Source of the DNA: Tubiluchus corallicola
Lineage: Eukaryota > Animalia > Priapulida
DNA: 15,089 nucleotides
Direction of reading: 5' to 3'
Assembly (NCBI GenBank): GCA_030141605.1
Contig: JAQGDQ010002098.1
Coordinates: 1 to 15,089 of the forward strand
The notes under the pieces were generated by a model that did not search any database, was not told the origin of the DNA, and saw nothing but the letters and a program-made list of their open reading frames with translations. The position numbers and the translations under genes are program-made. How positions within the stretch are numbered: position 1 is the first letter of the stretch; each line of letters opens with the position of its first letter. This document shows, one piece after another, positions 1 to 8,395 of the stretch.

Positions 1-783
1 CACTCTATCTGGACGCCTCACAACACCTACCAGCCTTCCTCCCCCAACCTCCCGCAATCACATTACACCACACTGCACTGCACCACGTCACACAGTCACA
101 CCACACGGAGGCAGACACATAATAGACTGCAACACGTAGGCATTCTAATAAACACTGAACTGTGGGCCGCCATTAATTACGTCACGTGCACTCGTAAACG
201 CAACGTAATAAAAGCCAGTACAGTCGAGTATTCACGTTTATTGCTGAGAGGCATTTGTGCAAGAGGAATAATTTGTTGCGAATAACACGGAGAATGATTT
301 TCAATTTGTCTGCTATAAAAGCTGGTAATGAAGTCTCGCTAATTTAATTGTGCGCAAGTTTTACGAGGGGGGAAAAAGCAACTCAGACTTGCAGTTAATG
401 AGATGATAATGATGTCAATGACGTCACTAATTAGGACTGTCATTTAAGACACGTTTTGTTGTGCGAAGGTCAAAAGTCAAAGATGAGTGTCGTATATGTA
501 CTTCTTTTTCTGGTTTTATTTGTTTGTTTATTTATTAATTTGTTTATTTATTTGTTTATTTGTTTGTGTATTTATTTATTTATTTTTTTGTTTATGTATT
601 TATTTGTTTATTTCTTTATTTGTTTGTTGATTTGTCTGTTCGTTTGTTTATTTATTTACATATTTGTTTATTTATTTATTTATTCATTTATTTATTATAT
701 AACTTATTTATTTATTTATTTTGTGTCTCTTGTAAGTTTAAAAGAATAAAAAAGAAGAGCAATAAAAGCAGCAGGAAAGTGTG
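1..783 (+). repeat. Direct repeat copy A1 (truncated by window start); partner at 6133-6927
   Basis: Starts CACTCTATCTGGACGCCTCA as at 6133. Near-identical through ~510 and again over the last ~100 bp (ending GGAAAGTGTG). Differs mainly in the TTTA/TTTG tract, a 6-bp indel near 207 and a 3-bp indel near 770. Confidence 0.97.
505..722 (+). repeat. Degenerate (TTTA/TTTG)n tetranucleotide microsatellite
   Basis: Runs of ttta/tttg; explains the LFIY-rich ORFs 456-749 and 560-826. Confidence 0.93.
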
Positions 784-824
784 TAGTGTGGTGCCGCGTG
801 GTGTGGTGTGGTGTGATGTAGCAT

Positions 825-1283
825 GAAGTTGTGTGTGGGGTGATGTACTATGGGTGCATTACAGTGTGAGGTGGTATGTTGTACTATGGGTAGTGTGATG
901 CCACGTGGTGTGCTGTGGAGTAGTGTGATGTTGTGTGTGGTGATGTACTATGTGGTGATGTACTATGTGGTGCATTACTGTGTGAGGTGGCATGTTGTAC
1001 TGTGGGTAGTGTGATGCCACGTGGTGTGGTGTGGAGTAGTGTGATGTTGTGTGTGGGGTGATGTACTATAGGTGCATTACAGTGTGAGGTGGTATGTTGT
1101 ACTATGGGTAGTGTGATGCCACGTGGTGTGGTGTGGAGTAGTGTGATGTTGTGTGTGGTGATGTACTATGTGGTGCATTACTGTGTGAGGTGGCATGTTG
1201 TACTGTGGGTAATGTGATGCCACGTGGTGTGGTGTGGAGTAGTGTGATGTTGTGTGGGGTGATGTACTATGTGGTGCATTACA
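825..1283 (+). repeat. GT-rich ~101-bp minisatellite, ~4.5 copies, alternating two variants
   Basis: Unit GTGATGTACTATGTGGTGCATTAC(A/T)GTGTGAGGTGG(T/C)ATGTTGTACT(A/G)TGGGTAGTGTGATGCCACGTGGTGTGGTGTGGAGTAGTGTGATGTTGTGTGTG recurs at ~840, 954, 1058, 1158 and 1259 (partial). Confidence 0.93.
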
Positions 1284-1396
1284 CTGTATGACACTTCATT
1301 ACACTTATATTGTACAGTATGAGGCACCGCTGCCAATCTTAGTAAATTCACTCAGCCGCGCGTAGCTTTGAAAGTTTAACAAAATTTGAGTATCCG

Positions 1397-2017
1397 GGGT
1401 AATTATAATTTAATCTAAACTTTGATTTAAAAAAAGCTATTGTAGTTTTCAATATTTTAGAGCATTCTTTATTGTGAACTAATGTTTACACAATCATCCG
1501 GTTTTCCTTTAAAGAAATCTCATTTTAATTTACTCTCCAAAATATACGATTTCTTGCCTATAAAAGTTAGTAATTGTTTCTTATATTTGAAATATTTAAC
1601 TTAGAAAGTTAATTAACCAAACACAGCTATTGGTTACGTCAGAAACTAACCACAGTTTGTGCAATGGTGGGCACCTTCCCTTGCGCGTCAAGCACGTTTG
1701 CGTAAGCGTTACTGCTTAAACGCATGATGTCACGAAAATGGGTTCTACGTCATATGACGTCAGAAACTAACATTGCAGTTCATGATCATCATTATCACGG
1801 TACCGCCTTCTATTTGTCGGCCACGCTAATGTGACAAAAAGGCGCAGTTGCCAATCTTTGTAGTTATTATTATTATTTAATAATAATTATTATTATTATG
1901 TAGGTAATTATTATTTAACCTAAGCATTGATTTAAAAAAGCTATTGTAGTTTTCAATACTTTAGAGCATTCTTTATTCTGAATTAATGTTTACACAATCA
2001 TCCGGTTTTCTTTTAAG
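1397..2017 (+). repeat. Internal ~115-bp direct repeat (1397-1513 and 1903-2017), period ~505 bp
   Basis: GGTAATTAT..TTGATTTAAAAAAGCTATTGTAGTTTTCAATA.TTTAGAGCATTCTTTATT.TGAA.TAATGTTTACACAATCATCCGGTTTTC.TTTAA occurs twice; TGCCAATCTT also recurs at ~1331 and ~1849. Mirrored in the right arm. Confidence 0.9.
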
Positions 2018-2167
2018 ACGTGCTGATGCGTCACCTGGTGGCTGTGTTAACTTTTTTGCTTCATACTTATGATTTGCAAAAGCTTTGTACAAATAACTAC
2101 GAACCGGCAGTAAAAATAAAGAAAAGATAACAGAGCAGAAAAAGAAACAAAAGGATTAACATAAGTT

Positions 2168-2212
2168 ATATTATTGTTGTTGTTGTTGTTATTATTATTA
2201 TTATTATTATTA

Positions 2213-2259
<47 letters not shown>
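2168..2259 (+). repeat. (TTG)n(TTA)n trinucleotide microsatellite
   Basis: Direct reading; merges into the 15-bp array through the shared TTATTA. Confidence 0.95.
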
Positions 2260-2261
<2 letters not shown>

Positions 2262-2565
2262 CGTACCTTTATTACCTGTGCCTTTATTACCTGTGCCTTT
2301 ATTACCCGTACCTTTATTACCTGTGCCTTTATTACCTGTGCCTTTATTACCCGTACCTTTATTACCCGTGCCTTTATTACCCGTGCCTTTATTACCCGTA
2401 TCTTTATTACCCGTACCTTTATTACCCGTGCCTTTATTACCCGTATCTTTATTACCCGTGCCTTTATTACCCGTATCTTTATTACCCGTACCTTTATTAC
2501 CCGTGCCTTTATTACCTGTGCCATTATTACCCGTACCTTTATTACCCGTGCCTTTATTACCTGTG
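2254..2565 (+). repeat. 15-bp minisatellite TTATTACC(C/T)GT(A/G)(C/T)CT, ~21 copies
   Basis: Tandem units read directly; source of the GNKGT / PLLPV / YYPYL / VIKAR ORFs. Confidence 0.97.
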
Positions 2566-2620
2566 TTATTTTCACCTACATTATGCAACATTTCATTAAC
2601 AAATTAATTAATTATTTTAG

Positions 2621-2891
2621 AACAATCGGTTGGACAAGGGGTCTCCAAGCACTGACTAGTTTTGGCTGTGTGTTAATCATCTGTGCCATTTTCTATCGAC
2701 CTGCTTCAGTGTTCCATCCCAGGCGAGCCGCCATCTTACAGTTAAAGAAACAGCTCACTTTCCAAAAGCGTCTGTTGTTTCCAAGGGAACCGCTCTTCAA
2801 TATCGCCACCTGTTGGTGGAAACCGGTACAACTGTTATGCCTTACCAGTGGCATTGCTTCGCTTGGTCTATACTCACCGTTCTGCTTTCTG
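2621..2891 (+). CDS. Internal coding exon (271 nt, intron phases 2 and 0) of an SLC16/monocarboxylate transporter-like MFS protein, about TM6-loop-TM7
   Basis: Acceptor TTATTTTAG| at 2612-2620 with branch-like CATTAAC at 2594-2600; donor CTG|GTAAGT at 2892; GC rises inside. Translation TIGWTRGLQALTSFGCVLIICAIFYRPASVFHPRRAAILQLKKQ...EPLFN...VQLLCLTSGIASLGLYSPFCFL resembles the SLC16 TM6 GW...RP motif and, from memory, the invertebrate MCT-like motif GWRLGLQA...FYRSASLYHPQRRAILHLK...PFFD...G...P.FYL. Confidence 0.85.
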
Positions 2892-3014
2892 GTAAGTTCT
2901 TATTTTTTCTCTGCTTTTATTTTTTGTATTTTCATTCGCGTAATTTTGTCGATTAATTCTTCTCTTTATTCTAATGCTAATTTCGTCCACTGCATTTAAT
3001 CTTTCTTTTCTTTT

Positions 3015-3090
3015 GCACTTTGCTATAAGGTTATGGGTTCAATTCCCGGGCGAGTATATTGACGACTCATATTAGGACATTAACGTTCCT
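3015..3090 (+). mobile_element. Possible tRNA-derived SINE head remnant
   Basis: B-box-like GGTTCAATTCC at 3036-3046 within AAGGTTATGGGTTCAATTCCCGG; no clear A box or cloverleaf. Confidence 0.35.
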
Positions 3091-3235
3091 TATCTCTTTG
3101 TTTTTGCTAGTTTTAGTAGATACATGTACTAATAAATACATAATTATGTATTTAAATGTTCTGATTAAAAATTTTAACTAAATTAGTTAGGTTCTGAAGA
3201 AGCGAAATTGTTAAAGAATTTGACAGTGAAAGACA

Positions 3236-3472
3236 GTCAAAACAATCTGCTTTTTAAAATATAGAAAGGAAACATTCTATTTTTTCAAGAATGACTTACG
3301 TGAAAGAATTATTACCACACAAACACAATTTCACGTTCGCGCCACTAGTTCTTCAGAGTTACATGCATTTTGCCATTCGCTAGTTAGACGGGCTCTAGCG
3401 TCTGTATTTAGGAAACGCATTGTGCAAAAAACCAGTGCTGTACCTCTCAGTTCAGATGTGTTAGTTTGTGAC
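3236..3472 (+). repeat. Dispersed repeat copy 1 (~237 bp; partner 7084-7319), unclassified TE-like fragment
   Basis: Shared blocks GACTTACGT.AAAGAATTATTA, TTCGCGCCACTAGTTCTTC, TTCGCTAGTTAGACGGGC, GCTGTACCTCTCAGTTCA.ATGTGTTAGTTTGTGAC; roughly 80% identity by eye. Confidence 0.9.
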
Positions 3473-4231
3473 GAGCTGCACACGTTCGAAAGCTCATGCG
3501 TGAGCACAGTGGTAAATTAGAAATTTGAATTTTTATCTTAAAACTTGCCTAGTTTTAGTACAACACACTGAATATCTTACAGTAGCACCGTTCTTCAATT
3601 TTCGCTTTCACAAACACACGCTCGTGGAATATGTTTGCTGTTGAAAATTATGTTAGTTTGTGATGTCATCAACAGTTGGGCTCGCCAGCCGTTAATTAAG
3701 TTTTTAATCTATTATTTAATTATGAATAACGCTTTTACAGTATTAATTGCGCTGAAATGTATAATTTTTATCGGAATTGAAAATGGATTGCATATGAAAA
3801 ATCATCCTGTCTTCCTTTAAAATTATGTTTTACATTCTAACCCCTCCATTTTTCCCCCGAGACCAGCCGAACCACATTAAACTAGATTCTACATTTTGAA
3901 GTTTAAGCCGATCTCACTCGAATATTAATATTGCTTTTGTGATCGATTTGTTGAGCCTGGCGCCTGCAGAAATTCAAACTGAGTATTCTACAGACGTTCT
4001 TGGAAGCTGTGATGTCCATTTGTTGAATCGATGGCACCACGTCACAAATTGTAAAATTTACGGGAAGTAATTAGTCAAGCGAAATGTGTTTTGGGCTGTT
4101 CTGCATAACTTGTAATTTATTTATTGACGATTTACAATTACAATTACAAGTTACAAACTATTACATAAACAATGCTGTACATTACAATGAAGAATAAAAC
4201 TACACAGACAAAATATACAATAAGACACAGT

Positions 4232-4246
4232 AATAATAATAATAAT

Positions 4247-4342
<96 letters not shown>

Positions 4343-4378
4343 AATGACAATGACAATAACAATAACAATAACAATAAC

Positions 4379-4409
<31 letters not shown>

Positions 4410-4457
4410 TGATGCTGATGATGATGCTGATGATGATGATGACGATGACGATGACGA

Positions 4458-4497
<40 letters not shown>

Positions 4498-4507
4498 AAC
4501 GACAACG

Positions 4508-4539
<32 letters not shown>

Positions 4540-4548
4540 AACAATAAC

Positions 4549-4642
<94 letters not shown>

Positions 4643-4686
4643 TAATAATAATAATATAATAATAACAACAACAACAACAATAATAT
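4232..4686 (+). repeat. Compound RAY trinucleotide microsatellite (AAT/GAT/GAC/AAC blocks)
   Basis: (AAT)5 (GATGAC)n (AATGAC)2 (AATAAC)n (AAT)n, then (GAT)n (GACGAT)n (GAC)n (AAC)n (AAT)n. Explains the homopolymeric ORFs at 4144-4680. Confidence 0.97.
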
Positions 4687-6074
4687 AACTTATGTTAATC
4701 CTTTTGTTTCTTTTTCTGCTCTGTTATCTTTTCTTTATTTTTACTGCCGGTTCGTAGTTATTTGTACAAAGCTTTTGCAAATCATAGGTATGAAGCAAAA
4801 AAGTTAACACAGCCACCAGGTGACGCATCAGCACGTCTTAAAAGAAAACCGGATGATTGTGTAAACATTAATTCAGAAAAAAGAATGCTCTAAAGTATGG
4901 AAAACTGTAATAGCTTATTTTAAATCAATGCTTAGGTTAAATAATAATTACCTACATAATAATAATTATTATTATTAAATAATAATACTATCTACTAAGA
5001 TTGGCAGCGGCGCTTTTTTGTCACTTTCGCGTGACCGACAAATAGAAGGCGGTACCGTAATAACCATGATCATGAACGCAGTGTTAGTTTCTGACGTCAT
5101 ATGACGTAGAACCCATTTTCGTGACATCATGCGTTTAAGCAGTAACACTTACGCAAAAGTGCTTGACGCGCAAGGGAAGATGCCTGCCATTGCACAAACT
5201 GTGGTTAGTTTCTGACGTAAGCAATAGCTGTGTTCCGTTAACTAACTTTCTAAGCTAATTATTCAAATATAAGAAACAATTGCTAACTTTTATAGGCAAG
5301 AAAATGTATATTTTGGAGAGTAAATTAAAATGAAATTTCTTTAAAGGAAAACCGGATGATTGTGTAAACATTAATTCAGAATAAAGAATGCTCTAAAACA
5401 TTGAAAACTACAATAGCTTTTTTTAAATCAAAGTTTAGATTAAATAATAATTACCCCGGATACTCAAATTTCGTTAAACTTTCAAAGCTACGCGCGGCTC
5501 AGTGAACCTACTAAGATTGGCAATGGTGCCTCATACTGTACAATATAAGTGTAATGAAGTGTCATACAGTGTAATGCACCACATAGTACATCACCCCACA
5601 CAACATCACACTACTCCACACCACACCACGTGGCATCACATTACCCACAGTACAACATGCCACCTCACACAGTAATGCACCACATAGTACATCACCACAC
5701 ACAACATCACACTACTCCACACCACACCACGTGGCATCACACTACCCATAGTACAACATACCACCTCACACTGTAATGCACCTATAGTACATCACCCCAC
5801 ACACAACATCACACTACTCCACACCACACCACGTGGCATCACACTACCCACAGTACAACATGCCACCTCACACAGTAATGCACCACTTAGTACATCACCA
5901 CATAGTACATCACCACACACAACATCACACTACTCCACACCACACCATGTGGCATCACACTACCCATAGTACAACATACCACCTCACACTGTAATGCACC
6001 CATAGTACATCACCCCACACACAACTTCATGCTACATCACACCACACCACACCACGCGGCACCACACTACACAC
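4594..6074 (-). repeat. Right arm of ~1.48 kb inverted repeat (partner 779-2259)
   Basis: Reverse complement of 779-2259; includes the mirrored ~101-bp minisatellite (~5570-6028) and the 115-bp repeat pair. Confidence 0.97.
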
Positions 6075-6132
6075 AGTTCAGCACACCACTTCACACTGTA
6101 AATGCACAACACTATGCATACCCACCACATTA

Positions 6133-6927
6133 CACTCTATCTGGACGCCTCACAACACCTACCAGCCTTCCTCCCCCAACCTCCCGCAATCACATTACAC
6201 CACACTGCACTGCACCACGTCACACAGTCACACCACACGGAGGCAGATACATAATAGACTGCAACACGTAGGCATTCTAATAAACACTGAACTGTGGGCC
6301 GCCATTAATTACGTCACGTGCACTCGTAAACGCAACGTGCGTTTAATAAAAGCCAGTACAGTCGAGTATTCACGTTTATTGCTGAGAGGCATTTGTGCAA
6401 GAGGAATAATTTGTTGCGAATAACACGGAGAATGATTTTCAATTTGTCTGCTATAAAAGCTGGTAATGAAGTCTCGCTAATTTAATTGTGCGCAAGTTTT
6501 ACGAGGGGGGAAAAAGCAACTCAGACTTGCAGTTAATGAGATGATAATGATGTCAATGACGTCACTAATTAGGACTGTCATTTAAGACACGTTTTGTTGT
6601 GCGAAGGTCAAAAGTCAAAGATGAGTGTCGTGTATGTACTTCTTTTTCTGATTTTATTTTTTTGTTTGTTTATTAATTTATTTATTAAATTATTTATTTG
6701 TTTATTTATTAAATGATTTATTTATTTGTTTGTGTATCATTTGTTTATTTATTCTGTTTATTTGTTTATTTATATTGTTTATTTATTTATTTGTTTGTTT
6801 ATTTGTTTGTTTATTTATTTACTTATTTGTTTATTTATTTATTATATAACTTATTTATTTATTTATTTTGTGTCTCTTGTAAGTTTAAAAGAATAAAAAA
6901 TAAGAGCAATAAAAGCAGGAAAGTGTG
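6133..6927 (+). repeat. Direct repeat copy A2 (partner 1-783)
   Basis: Matches window positions 1-783; ends GGAAAGTGTG at 6927, then diverges. Confidence 0.97.
6642..6869 (+). repeat. Degenerate (TTTA/TTTG)n microsatellite
   Basis: Counterpart of 505-722 with different internal arrangement. Confidence 0.93.
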
Positions 6928-7083
6928 GAGAGGCGTATAGGGTTAAGCTGCTTTCATACGCCTTCCGGGCACAAAAAAAGTTTTAAAAAAGTATTTTTTA
7001 AAAAAAAGTTTAAAATTGCCTGATGTGATGAAAGTTGCGCCATTTTCTGAACAGGTTAAAGCAAACCCAATCTCAATCTGCAG

Positions 7084-7319
7084 GTCAAAATAATCAACTC
7101 TTTAAAATATTGAAAGAAAACATACTATTTCTTCAAGAAAGACTTACGTAAAAGAATTATTATCACACAAGTACAATTTCACCTTCGCGCCACTAGTTCT
7201 TCGCTGTTACATGCATTTCGCCGTTCGCTAGTTAGACGGGCACTATCGCATGCATTTCTGAAAAGCTTTGCCAAAAAACAGGAGCTGTACCTCTCAGTTC
7301 ACATGTGTTAGTTTGTGAC
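7084..7319 (+). repeat. Dispersed repeat copy 2 (partner 3236-3472)
   Basis: Same blocks as 3236-3472, same orientation; both end at ...GTTAGTTTGTGAC. Confidence 0.9.
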
Positions 7320-7468
7320 AAATTAAATTTACATGTTTTGTGCAGTATTATTGCCAATTGAAGTCCTGTATGTAAAATGGCAGTATGTAAGTGATATAAA
7401 ATTTTAAGACGAATTTTTTAAGCTTTATGTTTATGAAGGGGTTTCTTGTGCTTTAACTGACGTATATC

Positions 7469-7993
7469 CGTTGGCGGCTCATAGTTAAAGTTAGTGGGGG
7501 TGCTGCTTTAGAAAAATTTTAACAATTGTTTTAATATTGTGTAAAACGAAACAAACATATGTAATTTTAATGTTGTAACTTGCAATTGTAATTTTAAACA
7601 AACAAACACGAAAGCTTATCCAGGAACTTGATAAAATCCTAAGCAAAAATATTTTTTGCTTACTAATAGCCTAAAGTGTTGGAGATCAAGCTTGATCCAT
7701 TCACGGTAAGCATGTGACAAGTGACAACAAACTGTATGAGCGACAGTACTTTCTCTACCTGGGCTCAGACATGTGCGCGTGGCCGCATGCGCACAACACC
7801 CAAACACGGCGTTGCTGGAGCAGTGAGTGCTGAGCTGTGAAGCAAACAGTACTAACCTCACGTGCTCTGGTTCCGTACAAGTATAAAGAAAGAACTAAAG
7901 AAAAAAGACTTATTGTATTGAATATTATGGACAATATTGAGTGAAAATAGGGGGTGCTGCAGTTCCACAGTAGCTATTAATGAGCCGCCACTG
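7469..7993 (+). mobile_element. Non-autonomous hAT-type DNA transposon (MITE), 525 bp
   Basis: 14-bp TIRs CGTTGGCGGCTCAT (7469-7482) / ATGAGCCGCCACTG (7980-7993), 12/14 match. 8-bp TSD CGTATATC (7461-7468) / CATATATC (7994-8001), 7/8. Subterminal GGGGGTGCTGC near both ends. Second copy at 11884-12360. Confidence 0.88.
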
Positions 7994-8049
7994 CATATAT
8001 CTAAGTATAAGTTCTCCCTAATGATAAATATGCTGTCTTAAACCACCAA

Positions 8050-8395
8050 AAATGACGCATGCGCATTGGTCTAATATCAGAATTAAACCACGTGACCAAA
8101 ACACAAAGGCAATGTCTTAATCACTGATAAAAGCTTGTCGTATTTCATCATGTCACAAAGCAAAACTATTGAATCGAGCAACAATAATTATATTGTTTTC
8201 TATCTAAAGAGTAAATTCTCTTTTTTCCTTAAAAGCTGAGATGGCTTTCTTTTGTTAAGTAAATGGGAAACGCAGACAACAAACAGGCGCATGCGTCCAC
8301 TCATGTTTCATCCCTCTGACCAATGACGGGTAGCCATTCTAGAGTTTTCTAGATCTGTTATAAAAGGTTTCATAAACAACTTATTGGCATCACAT
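8050..8395 (+). promoter_or_regulatory. Pol II promoter-like motif cluster (no gene identified downstream)
   Basis: TGACG 8053, CGCATGCGCA 8056 and GCGCATGCG 8287 (NRF1-like), ATTGG 8065, CACGTG 8089, CCAAT 8320, TGACG 8324, HSE-like TTCtaGAGttTTCtaGAT 8337-8354, TATAAAAGG 8359, Inr-like TCA at 8390-8392. Confidence 0.4.

Larger units (their letters stand above)
779..2259 (+). repeat. Left arm of ~1.48 kb inverted repeat (partner ~4594-6074)
   Basis: GTGTGTAGTGTGGTGCCGCG at 779 is the reverse complement of the sequence ending at 6074; ATAAGTTATA at 2161 matches 4684-4693. Colinear throughout (coordinate sum ~6853). Inner boundary is fuzzy within (TTA)n. Confidence 0.97.

Noticed and set aside
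456-826. Hydrophobic LFIY-rich ORFs (also 6713-6940)
   Set aside because: TTTA/TTTG microsatellite translations.
2166-2607. Four overlapping ORFs (GNKGT etc.)
   Set aside because: Artefacts of the 15-bp and trinucleotide repeats.
2583-2999. 138-aa ORF as a complete gene
   Set aside because: Only 2621-2891 looks coding; the flanks are AT-rich intron beyond canonical splice sites.
3015-3090. tRNA gene
   Set aside because: Only a B-box/T-arm-like motif; no acceptor stem or D-arm.
4144-4680. Poly-D/N/T/I/S ORFs
   Set aside because: Microsatellite translations.
779-6074. Foldback or giant-TIR transposon that captured an exon
   Set aside because: No TSD (GCAGGAAA on the left versus AGTTCAGC on the right), the right arm continues seamlessly into similar CAC-rich sequence, and the left end overlaps the direct repeat by microhomology. 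Not fully excluded.
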